DNA of 63,126 nt, the filler included, from Nemertoderma westbladi (lineage: Eukaryota; Animalia; Xenacoelomorpha): NCBI GenBank assembly GCA_032718475.1. It is 3 parts of 3 records of this genome, joined end to end, with 100 filler letters (N's around TTAATTAATTAA, not from the genome) between each part and the next. Parts side by side here need not be neighbours in the genome. Positions count along the whole stretch, not along the records: positions 19,914 to 38,477 come from JAUCBJ010005437.1; 2 more parts are not named here. The stretch is one strand, 5' to 3'. The notes beneath the pieces are model-generated. The model was not told where the DNA came from. It saw only the letters and a program-made list of their open reading frames with translations, and searched no databases. Positions 25,901-37,054 of this stretch are shown in pieces; the first letter of the stretch is position 1, and the number at the start of each line of letters is the position of its first letter. Both the position numbers and the translations under genes were made by a program.

Positions 25901-27792
25901 TATATAAACTTGGGGTTTTGCAACTCATCTATAAGATCCATATCCAAGCCGTTTGAGGTTAATTAGAAAATACAGTTACCATAGCAACAAGTCTAAACAG
26001 ATGTTAAAATTTATAAAATGATAATTTGAAGCACAAGTTAATAGTATTATGACTTGGGACTAACCCCTACCCCCACAATATGACTTATTCTGCATCCGAA
26101 TTACATTGTTCTATTTTTCAGTTTCCATGACAACCACTGCAAACAGATGCAATTTGATGGAAAATCGGTAATTTGGACATAAACTACAATATTTTCTGAA
26201 ACTCAGTATATGTGTTATCTGAACCACAATCTGGACTGAATTTTTTTTCAAAGGTTAAAGCAACAGTTGCAAAGAACTCTAGTTTCCATGGGAATATAAG
26301 TTAATTATTGACAATTGCTACTAAACTAGGCTAAGCAACAAACCAAATTGTGGCCGTTTGTTTAATTTTCCTTAGCTTCGTGGTTGCATTTCCTTTAGGA
26401 AATGCCTTTCTAGTATTTATTGGCAAATGCTACTAAACTAGGCTAAGCAACAAACCAAATTGTGGCCCTTTGTTTAATTTTCCTTAGCTTCGTGGTTGCA
26501 TTTCCTTTAGGAAATGCTTTTCTAGTCCACGAAGCTAAGGAAAATCAACTACTTTCGCTAAGAAAGATTTTCCTTAGCTGAGATGGTCTATTCATAATGG
26601 GCTATTTTACTTGTATGGGGCAGATTTGGGGTTTTTTAAGTCCAGCAAAAACTAGCCTTTAAAAGTACCCTGAAATTTTGCATGTATATACAACTCATCA
26701 AGGCGCGTCGTGTGGGATGGGTCTCATATCCAGGAAAAATCTGGTTTCCATGGCAACGGACTTCAAAAAAAGTCTATGTATTTCAAGTCAATATTTATAA
26801 CTCTGTTTGTAGGAAAACTATAATAGATATAAACTTGGGGTTTCTCAACTCAACTATAAGGTCCATAGCAGAGCCGATTGAGGCTAAATAGAAAATCCAA
26901 TTACCTTGGCAACCGGGATAAACAGATTTTAAAATTTATAAAATCTTAATTTGAACCCTAAGGTTAAGGTGTTATGTCTTGGGACCAACCCCTACCCCCA
27001 CTATATAACTTATTCTGCGTCCAAATTTGATTTTTCTATTTTGCAGCTACCATGACAACCGCTGAAAACAGATGTTTTTATACAACAATTACTCATTTGG
27101 ACATAGACTTCGCAATAAAATTTTACGAAACTGGGAATGTGTTATCTGGACCACTAGTTGGAACTTTTAGTGAAACTCAAAACATTCCAGAAATATCTAG
27201 TCACCTTGGTAACTGTGTATTAATAAAGTCTTTATCATTCTAGTCTATATTCATAACTCTATTTGTAGATAAACCGCAATAGATATAAATTTGGAGTTTC
27301 TCAACTCAGCTATAAGGGCCATAGCCGAGCAGATTGAGGTAAATTACAAAATCCTGATACCATGGCAACCAGGCAAAACAGATGTTAAAATTTATAAAAT
27401 GATAATTTGAAGCAAAAGTTAATAGTATTATGACTTGGGACCAACACCTACTCCCACTATATGACTTATTCTGCATCCGAATTACATTGTTCTATTTTTC
27501 AGTTTCCATGACAACCACTGCAAACAGTTGCATTTTAATAGAAAATCGGCAATTTGGACATAAACTACAATATTTTCTGAAACTCGGAAAGTGTTATCTG
27601 AACCACAATCTGGACTGAATCTTTTTTCAAAGGTAAAACCAACAGTTCCAGAGAACTCTAGTTCCCATAGGAATAGAAGTTATTTATTGGCAATTGCTAC
27701 TAAACGAGGCTAAGCAACAAACCAAAGTGTGGCCGTTTGTTTAATTTTCCTTAGCTTCGTGGTTGCATTTCCTTTAGGAAATGCCTTTCTAG
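19914..27792 (+). mobile_element. Cluster of a ~1.26-kb non-autonomous Helitron/HINE-like element: 5 complete copies, 1 split, 1 partial
   Basis: 5' ends TCCACGAAGCT(A/T)AGGAAAA at 20180, 20929, 22185, 23802, 25147, 26526. 3' ends (inverted TTTTCCTTAGCTTCGTGG, hairpin GCATTTCCT-TT-AGGAAATGC, then CT(A/C)G) at 22182, 23442, 25072, 26413, 26525, 27792. Internal ~450-bp direct duplication; no coding capacity. Confidence 0.88.
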
Positions 27793-28120
27793 TACAATTA
27801 AATTAATTTAGGAAAGTAAGATTAATTAATTCCAAATGAAGGACAAACCTTTTTAACTTTAACGTTAATGTGACAATTTTCTGTTGATATAAGTGTATGT
27901 AAATGAATTATAACTCCACGCTGGTATTTTTGACCGGTGAAATAAAGTTCGCTGTACAGCACGTGGTGGTTAAATGTCTATATTTATTTAATCAATCAAT
28001 CAATACAGTTAAGCATGCTATAGTTAATACAATGGTGTACAGAGGGTTGCTGGCCGGGGAGACCCTTTACGCCAACCACCTAGAGTAAGAGTACTTTACA
28101 ATAATACATATATATGATTT

Positions 28121-28380
28121 ATAGATTTATTTATACATTATGTAAAAACAATAACAAATACACCAAACAATGTACCGGTATAAAGGTATTGTCCAACATA
28201 ACATATAGGATTACCCCTAAAGCTTTGCAGCTTATTTCCAAGGGGGTCCTTTATGTTACTTGGTTACAAATACAATATTACACTACGCTAACCTAAAACC
28301 AATATAAAACGATACTATGTACATGTACAACTTTACCGAGAGCGTGACAATGTCCGACTCAACGATAAATATGTAATGTA
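28121..28380 (-). mobile_element. 5'-truncated LINE/SINE 3' end (CR1/L2-like), copy 1
   Basis: Near-identical to 56855-57119; diverged relative at 11863-11930 (+); ends aataaataaatctat on the minus strand. Confidence 0.7.
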
Positions 28381-28854
28381 TTTATATTATTATTACATAA
28401 AGTGAGCCTAGTCGCTAGTCGAGATACAGTACATAATTAATTAGAGTAGAGTATATAACTTGCTGGACACATTCAGAAACATTGCGTAACACGAATTTCT
28501 GTGTGTGATGAGCCCAGCAACAAGCTGCAACGTGATGCATACAGCTGCTGGTGCCTGGTGCAGCACCAGGTCTGCAGGTACTCTGGTACAGACACCTGGA
28601 CCTGGCGCAGACAGCTGCTCTGCATTACACATTACAGCATAGCCTACTTCAGTACTTAAGCCTACTTAGTAATGTACCTATGCCTAACTTTATTGTGTAC
28701 TGGGGCGGGTGTACGGTACTGGGGCAAGCAAGACGCTGTCTTCCAGTCACGATCATGTCCACAAGGAAATAGCTGTCGGGGTCCTGTTCAACAATTAGAC
28801 CATGTTGTTTTGTTGTTAGACTTTAGCTGCAGATCGAGCGGTTATTGTCGCATG

Positions 28855-29270
28855 GACGTAGAGTTTCGTTTCACTTGCAGACTGGAGGGAACACAGAAAA
28901 CTCAAAACGGTACCGGTAGAATTGCAGAATTCACAGGAGCATTCCACATTCGGCCCATGTGCAGAGATTTTAACCTCGTGGGCTCCGGTAAGTTCATGAA
29001 GACGTTGTAGACTTGCAGCCGAATATCCGGCATGGTGTGTGACCTGGAAGGAGTCTGATCATCCCATCCGGAACCGAAACCCAATAACTCATCCTCGAAC
29101 TTGCGACCGGGGATAGATAAGAGTCTTAGTGATATGCTTGCTTGCTTACCGTTTGCTGTGTACCTCGATCTCGCTGTACTGTCAGACTGTACTGTAATAT
29201 CTATATTATCACTAATAAATCAATATCAATATCTACCTTCCAGGAAGCCAGTGAAACGAAACTCTACGTC
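28855..29270. mobile_element. MITE-like inverted-repeat element
   Basis: gacgtagagtttcgtttcact / agtgaaacgaaactctacgtc is a perfect 21-bp IR with degenerate outward extension. Confidence 0.65.
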
Positions 29271-29950
29271 AAGCCGACAGCCGCTGCTTCAGCGGGTGGT
29301 TACCATCACCTTTACTACAAAATACAACAACCGTTTTTAGCACGACGGAGTCCCTCCCCCCTCCTAATTTTTTTCAAATTTCAATAAAATGCTACGAAAT
29401 TTGGTATGAATAATTTGACACCTTTTCTACTGCTGGCCTAGTCGGATTTGTAAATGTACAAATTATTTAGCTACATCAAACCTTTAAAAAATGCATATTT
29501 AGCAATATTTAACCATCTGTGTTGGCTTTATTTTTCGTCTAAAATTTGACTGAGCCATTGCTGAATTATTGGCGAGCCAGACAGACAGACTGACATGGGC
29601 AACGTCGATTTGGCCTTGTATTAAACTGTATGCTAAGGCTCGCGTACTTCGTGGCTCACTCCACAACATCAACAGGAAACATATTTTATGGAAACCCATT
29701 CAGTACAAGTCATATATTCTCGAAGTAGGACATATATCCTCCGAAAGTAATTGTAATTAACCCAATATCTAAATATACCCTACAGTATCTTACTGTTGAC
29801 CCCATTATCGTGCCCATTTTTATTTCCTATCCTGATTCTCACTTCCCTTCATATATTCCTATATTTTTAGGTCCGCGTAGCGAGACCTCTAGTATTCACT
29901 CCGTTGTTGGTGTTAACTTCCAGTTGGATTTTGGTTTTAAGGCTTCATAC

Positions 29951-30022
29951 AGCGCAGTGGCGAAGTTGGTGGAGCGCGGTACTTAGAATCTCTAGGTACC
30001 GAGTTCAATGTCCATTACCGGT
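29951..30022 (+). pseudogene. tRNA-like sequence (SINE head or tRNA pseudogene)
   Basis: A-box tggcgaagttgg and B-box-like gagttcaatgtcc; stems imperfect. Confidence 0.4.
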
Positions 30023-30344
30023 TAATTTTTATTTTTTGGTAGAAAGATTGGTAGTAAGCCATTCAAGGAGACAGTTGTTGCGTTAGTAGACGCGGACCTT
30101 TAGAAGTTTTCGCGCTTGTTCTTAACCACAACTACAACTGGTATAAAGTTCTAGTCAGTACCGGTACTCTTTCTTTTGAATTAATTCTATTTTTACACTT
30201 GGGAAAGGCAGCTAGCTATTTGCTGTTGGAAGCTCTACTGTACTACTGTTTGTGATGGTAGTTAGAGACCTTCATTTAATGTAATTAAATTCTGTACAAG
30301 TAGATAACTAAATGTAAAAAAATAACTACAGTTTTAAATAAAGC

Positions 30345-31503
30345 ATGGAAATAGTCGTCAGTAATAATCACCTTATCTCTAACTCTACCATGTCTGTGAA
30401 TGAGCTGTCCGCTACTTTAAGTACCGCAACTCATCTATGGAAAATACCCAACTTCCCACATATTTACGGCTATATCGCTGAACCAAGTTGTTATGATAAG
30501 CTTTTACTGTTAGAAAGTGATGTATTTGAAACCAGAGTGGAAGAGCCAGTCAATAGTATTTTTAGTACAACCAACATAATAAATGGTCGTAGGGGAGGAT
30601 ATACTATACAACCAAGAGTTCCGACACCTACCCCCGTCGATCATAATGCAGATAAATTTCGACTTGGAATTCGATTTCAAAAGAAATCATCCGGCCATGA
30701 GATAATAGAAATCCGAGTTAGAAGAATATCTCCTTGTAATTCCGTAACAAAAGCTGATTGTGCATTGTACATTTGTGATGAAGAAAATATAGCCACATGG
30801 ACTCACAAATCGTTCTTTTGTATTTCAAGAATCTCAAAATATTTTTTGTGTACAGTGGGGTACCGAGGAAGACACCGCTTCTCGTTTTGAAAAGTTGTTG
30901 ATAGATCATGTCAATAATGGCCTATTGAGAATCCATGGCATCATTACGATAGTTTCAACTACAAGCTTAGAAGTACATACAAATACTACGGTAGTTCCGG
31001 ATGAAACAATAGCTGATTTAGCTATAGATCGTCTACTCGGACTCCTAACGAAAGGAGATACAACAAATATTATTCTAGTTCCTGCAGATGGAGAGTCAAT
31101 CCAAGTCCACAAGGAATTACTCAAGGAAAAATCTCCGGTATTCAAAGCAATGATGGAATTCGATGGTGTTGAGAAAGATAATAATGTAATCCATATTTCT
31201 GATTTCCATTACGATGAGGTCTTTGCTTTGGTTCGTTTCATGTACCTGGGATATATAAAGCTAACAGATGAAGATTTAACAACAAAAACTTTGAAAATAG
31301 CTGATAAATATGAAGTGTTGGCGTTGAAGGAATACTGCGAAAAAGTGCTAACTACTCTGATAACCAAATCCAATGCGGTTGATCTCTATGTCGTAGCAGA
31401 TAATTATTCTGCATCGATTCTACACCATTCTACAGAAACATTTTTAAAGAAATACATGCCGGGAGCTGTTCAAGTTATCAAACATCAGTCATTTCAGTTA
31501 TAA
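30345..31503 (+). pseudogene. MATH-BTB (SPOP-like) protein, intronless, one frameshift near 30810
   Basis: HLWKIPNF MATH-like start; the second frame extends upstream as SFVFQESQNIFCVQWG; BTB motifs IQVHKELLKEKSPVFKAMM, LVRFMYLG, ADKYEVLALKEYCE; BACK-like NAVDLYVVADNY. Confidence 0.8.
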
Positions 31504-31794
31504 ACATATCTTACTAGTCTTAGTACATGTACTCTTTATATAAGTCATATTGGTGTAGAATGATAATGTTGTACTTGTAGTTGTACTTACTGTTTTGATT
31601 TTTCAATGGTCTCAAATTGAAATTGAAGAAGTGAGTTCGAAAAGGGCCCAAATGGGAAATTTGTCATAGTGATTTTTTACTTAACATATTAAGTTTTTAG
31701 AGCTCTACCAGTCAGTGAGAGCTATAAAGCCGTTTCTCAACTCCTAAAACTGAAAAATAAAATTTGAAATTTTTGGATTGAGTTCGAAGAGGCA

Positions 31795-32120
31795 CTAGCC
31801 ACGACACTAACTTTGTGGGGCGAGCCACGAAGTGAGCGAAGCCTTAGCATATGGGTGCCATTGGCGAGTTGTCTGTCGTCGTAAATTTTTGATCGCTAAT
31901 AACTCGGTTATTCCTTGGATGAAATTAAACTAAACTTGGTATGTATGTAGTCCGTCAAAAGTTTAGAAAGAATCTGAAGTTTCGTCAAAAACGAACGAAC
32001 GCAACGAGGCACAAGAGGAGGACGAGTATTGTGTTGAAGACTTCTGACTAACGGCAGACAACTCGTTAATGGTACCCGTATACTAAAGGCTTTGCTCACT
32101 ACGTGCTGCGCGAAGCCGAA
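31795..32120. mobile_element. HINE/MITE-like element with ~50-bp inverted repeats
   Basis: acgaagtgagcgaagccttagcatatgggtgccattggcgagttgtctg is mirrored at 32055-32104; actag terminus. Confidence 0.6.
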
Positions 32121-32294
32121 GACCCAACGAACGTGTATCAGATAGTTAGAAACTGGTTAGAGTGAACCCAATTATTAAACTTTATTATTATTAAATGATA
32201 CTAAACTAGTTTCTACTACTTTTTTAATACATCGGCTCCATGTCAACGAAGTATTTTGATTTTAACATAATAAACCCAACAGTATTCTAACTTA

Positions 32295-32509
32295 CATAAG
32301 CGTACGGGAACCAATTCCACTGGAGGGGGGAGGGGGGGGGGGGGGGGGGACTACCCCTCTGAAGTAATAAAATACTGCAGGAAAACGCTTAATATTAAAA
32401 AAATGTCGCCCCTTTTTATGGCTGTAATTTCGCCCCCTAGAAATTTGCTGGGGGGGGGGGGGGGGGGGGCTATTGCCCTCCCTGCCCCACGGTCTCCCGT
32501 ACGCCTATG
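32295..32509. mobile_element. hAT-type MITE
   Basis: TIR cata(a/g)gcgtacggga; 8-bp TSD ctaactta/cttactta; internal poly-G. Confidence 0.8.
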
Positions 32510-32690
32510 CTTACTTATACTCTGAAATACTTACTAACACGTTCAAATTAATAAACTTAAAAAATACTTTAAAATCTTAAAATATTGGCTGGAGTAAATA
32601 AAACGGAATAGGTGATTTTAATCAAACTTGATTAAATAATCGGGTTGGTTTACGTTTGTTGATTAATTTGGAGATTTATTAATATAGCCT

Positions 32691-32809
32691 TAATTACACA
32701 AAAAATGTTGTATTAGTCCAAATTGAAAATATATTCGTCAAATTGCGGACCTTTTCTCACTTTTTGGGGGGTGCAGCTGCACCCCTTGCACCCCATTGGC
32801 GCCGGCCAT
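32691..32809. repeat. MITE terminus, second copy at 54579-54698
   Basis: Near-identical ~120-bp segments ending ccccattggcgccggccatg. Confidence 0.75.
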
Positions 32810-33313
32810 GGGCCTATGTGCTGTATGTGACAAAAAATAGCAGACAGTAATACTTCAAATATGGGGCATTAACGACAATAATTTTGATATTGGGTTCTAA
32901 AAGGGCCTATCTGTAAAATTTAAAATACAATGTATAATGTAATATAACTTTTCAAAATGTTACTTTTTTGATCAGGCAGCATAATATAATTACTAGTTTT
33001 AGTGTTTTAATGTAAATAAACAGTTTTTTCGTTTTCCTGAGGTCCTTTTCGAACTAGCAGCTTCAATTGAATTTATGTAGCCGGAGCCACGCGTTAGTGA
33101 TTCGAGTCATTAGTGTAATTTTATAAAAGGTGAATCTTCATTCTTCCTACTAAAGTAAAATAATGTTATCCGGGAAAATGCTTTTTTTTACGGCTCAGGT
33201 TTTTCGACAGATTGAGGAAAAGTAACAGGTTTCCGAGGCATACATACTCTTCTGAACAATACAATAAACTAAATAGTTATCAATAAGATAAATGAGCAGG
33301 TTATAGTGTACAA

Positions 33314-33755
33314 AGAGGCCAACGTACTTTTTTAGAGAGCAAATTTTTTTTTAAATTTGATACAGATTATCAAATTAACATTTAGACGTTTCATGATATC
33401 AAAATGTCATTTTCAAATGGGAATTTGATATTAAGACATGTCATAATGTTAATGTGTTACTTTCAAATATCATTTTGACATGCCAAATATCATTTTTTAA
33501 TTGACATTTTGGCATTTATACATGTTATGTCACAATGTCAATTTCAAATTGACATTTTTAAGTGTCATAATGTCAAAATGACATTTTCAAATAGTCATTT
33601 TGACATCAATTTTGACTATTCCAATTAAAAATGTCACACTGACAATTTAAGGTGCCATTTTCAAATTGGCATTTAAACATTTCATAATGTCAATTTGAAA
33701 TGCTTTATCAAATGAGAAAAATAAAGTTTGCTTTAGAAAAGAGTGCGGTGGCCTC
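33314..33755. mobile_element. Foldback MITE with tgacat/atgtca subrepeats
   Basis: TIR gaggccaacgtactttttt..agcaaa / tttgct..aaaagagtgcggtggcctc. Confidence 0.65.
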
Positions 33756-33772
33756 CTTGGGCCAAAGTATTA

Positions 33773-33991
33773 TGGTAGGTGTAAAACGCGGATCCGGATC
33801 CGGATTCCAAAATTATCAATTAAGGGAAAGGAGCAGGTTATAGTGGCACGTTATTTTAACCAAAACAATAAACTAAAGTCAATAGACCAGGTTATAGTTT
33901 TATTTTTGGGAGTTATAAAAATGTAAAAAAAATCGACTTCCGTAGGGACAATGTTAAATGTAGAATCCGGAACCGCGTTTTACTCTGACCC
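33773..33991. mobile_element. MULE-like MITE carrying one 68-bp-repeat monomer
   Basis: TIR ggtaggtgtaaaacgcgga / accgcgttttactctgaccc; 9-bp TSD aaagtatta/aaagtaata. Confidence 0.75.
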
Positions 33992-34244
33992 AAAGTAATA
34001 TTGAGTCTGTCTGTATACTATACCGGTATTATAGTTGTACATGAATAAACATTAAACATGCCGCAGCTGCTGGCAGTAAACTGATACAATTTCATCCCCA
34101 TCCTCCATTATAAGGGACAGGTACAGTAGTTTCAGATAATAGAAAATGGATAATATTAGATAGCTCTACCTCATACTACACTACACTATCATAATACACT
34201 TATAACTAACTTATAACATTTGTTGGGCACAGCCTTTGCTAAGT

Positions 34245-34305
34245 CGGCAATTACGTCCAGGGGGATCGAACTCGTGACCTCCGGGTTGGATGTCAGGCGC
34301 TCTAA
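34245..34305 (-). mobile_element. tRNA-derived SINE head fragment
   Basis: Minus strand agagcgcctgacatccaacccggaggtcacgagttcgatcccc (B-box); abuts a microsatellite. Confidence 0.45.
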
Positions 34306-34406
34306 TGTTGCTCATTGTTGTTCGTTGTTTCTCATTGTTGCTCGTTGTTGCTCATTTTTGCTCGTTGTTGCTCATTGTTGCTCGTTGTTGTTCATTGTTG
34401 CTCATA
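34306..34406. repeat. 10-bp repeat (ttgttgctc(a/g))n
   Basis: About 10 tandem units. Confidence 0.9.
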
Positions 34407-35083
34407 CAGTACCGCAGTATCGGTCTGCCACTACCACTCCATGCTCTCACCTAATCCATCATTCATAAATTTAATTTCCGCCAAAAACTGTAACCTGCTG
34501 ACAAGAGTTCAATGTTGTGTGTGTGGGTTACGGCATGTCTGTCACGCACACTGTCACCCCATCCCCATACGACACCTATACGTGTGTGTTATAGACGAGA
34601 AGTTGATACAAATTGACCCAACAGTGGCCACGGTCAATGTGAATGATAATATCAAAGCGATATAAGGAGGTTAATATTCAACTAGAGATAGATACACTAG
34701 GGAATCAAGTTAGTAGGATTTCTACCTTCTCACCACCTGATGAAATCTGCTAACAGTCAAACATCAACCTACTTTAGATGGCAAACGTGTGTTGAGAAGT
34801 ACGTCACGCAAACACACACACCACCCCCAATGTGTATGTAGTATTGACCCTTGACGGGATTGCACGCCAACCTCACACATGCCCCTCCAAAGTCCGAAAT
34901 ACTGCGCGGAGGTTGCTTTCCGTTTTGGGCTTCCGTATTTTTTATTTATTTATTCTTTAATCTGGGCTAGCATATAGCCTATATCTAGATTACATGCAGT
35001 AGAATGAATAATATTATGCACTTTATACGTGATTTATAGAACTACATAATTGTACTGCGGAACGGACCCCAGAGCTGGACGAA

Positions 35084-37033
35084 TACTACTACTACTAGGT
35101 CGAGCGAACTCGGACGGTGGAAATGAGATCCTTCCAGGCTTCCCGATTCTCCATAGTTGTCGTAATTTCGTTTCTCCCAAGTTCAGTATCCCTTTCAAGT
35201 TGATCTATATATGTTATGGCAGGTCGTCCACGACTACGCTTTCTATGAGTTGGTTGCCAGAGAAGTAGATCTGGTATGACCTCGTCTTTACTTCGCCAGC
35301 AGTGCCCACTGAATCTTAATCTGCGTTCACGGAGGGTGGTTGATACAGGTGGTATTGTACCATAAAGCTCGGCGTTTGTCATGTGTTGTCTCCAGCTGAT
35401 GTTTAGGGCTGCCCTTAGTAGTCTTGTGTAGCAACCATCAATTCGTTGTTCAAGTGATTTAGTCAGTGTCCAGGTCTCACCCCCGTATAAAAATACACTT
35501 TCCACTGTGGCTCGAAAGAACTTAGTCTTCAGGTGCCTGGAGAGATCTTATTTCCAGATGGTATCCATTTTTGATAGAGCTACCCAAGCCTTTGCTTTCC
35601 CAACTTCTATGTCCTTTTTGCTACTCTCTATCCATGATCCAAGGTACTGGAAGTCGTAGACCTTCCTTAGTTGAGTATTATCAATGGTTGTCAAGTTTCC
35701 ATCAACATTAAAGGTCATGAATTCGGTCTTGGTAGCATTTATATGCAATCCAACCTCCTTAGCAGCCCTCTCCACTTTATTTAGTAGAATCTGTACATCT
35801 GCTAGCGTATTAGAGAGCAGGGCGATGTCATCCGCAAAGTCGGTGTCTGTGACTGTAGTTGCCGGATATCTACTACTTCTGCGTTCTTGAAGTGTGAATC
35901 CCAGATCTTCACCCTTTGTGGCCGTCCTCATTGCGTAATCCAGCCCAATTACAAATAGTAGGCCTAATGGTGCTAATGTGTCACCTTGCAGTACGCCAGC
36001 CAGGATTGAGAAAATCTCAGTTTCACCATCTGGTGAGAGTACCTGCGCTTCTGTGTCACAATATAAGCTCTTAGGATTTCAAACATTTTACCTCTATGGA
36101 TGGAGTCGAATGCCTTCATGAAGTCCACAAAAGTCATACTGCGGGGAGATTCTTTGACTTAATTCCTTCAATCAGTCTCCGTAGTGCAAGTATCTGAGCT
36201 ATTGTTGATCTACTTGGTCGAAATCCGTTTTGGCTCTTACGCAGTAGTTTCTCTATATGAGGCCTAATCCTATACAGAATCATTTTATTGTATATTTTGG
36301 CCACTACAACAAGCAGACAGATCCCACGATAGTTTGTTGGTATGCCGAGGTCTCCTTTCTTGGGGAGAGGCTTTAGTTGACCTTTAGTCCAAATTGGTGG
36401 TGGCTTTTCCCCTTTTAACATCCGGTTGCAAACATTCAATAATGGTCTGTTTAGCACTCCGGTTTTCCATACCTCCGCTGGGATTTCATCTAATCCACTC
36501 GCTTTATTATTGGACATGCTTTTAATGGTTCTTTGGAGTTCGGCAGGTGTGAAGTCCCCTGTTTCTATAGGTAGTGTCTTGTCATATATTTTCTTTGTAG
36601 GGCTGACCTCGATGTTTGGTGGCTGCCCAAGCAAGTTGCTGAAGTGATTTTTCCACTTCCCAACACGTTCTTCAGGGCTATCGGCTTTGAGGCGCCCCTT
36701 TACATAACTTTTCCGACCAGATACGTAACTTTACAGTTTGCCAGGTAAGTCTTGATTGTTGCTGTATGTGAGTATGTGAGCAGTTGTAATTGCTTCAATT
36801 TTACCCTGTATGTACTTTTCCTGGCTGATGTTGTAGGCCAATTTAAGATCGTCCTTAGCTTTCTCAACCTTGTTAAATTTTTCAGTTGTTGGTTGTTCGG
36901 TTTTAACTTTGTAGGCTATCTTAAGATCTTCTCTCTTACAAGTAACCTCAGAGTTTTGCCATGGCACATACTGTTTTCGTTTGGGTTTCTGGGGGATATG
37001 CCTCTTAGCTGATTCCTTGTGGGCTGTTATTAT
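35084..37033 (-). mobile_element. RTE-clade LINE, disrupted RT ORF with (TAG)n tail
   Basis: PKKGDLGIPTNYRGI, QNGFR, GVLQGDTLAP, DFADD, FQYLGS, LYGGETW, RRLRFSGH; the stop codon runs into a tagtagtag tail. Confidence 0.92.
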
Positions 37034-37054
37034 TAGCTGATTCCTTGTGGGCTG

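Larger units (their letters stand above)
31625..33064. mobile_element. Sola-like non-autonomous element hosting nested insertions
   Basis: Imperfect TIR gaag...agttcgaaaagg / ccttttcgaact...cttc with AATT on both flanks. Confidence 0.5.

Noticed and set aside
19954-27618. Recurring short ORFs (e.g. VLSGPLVGTFSETQ)
   Set aside because: Translations of non-coding repeat copies; frames and stops are not conserved.
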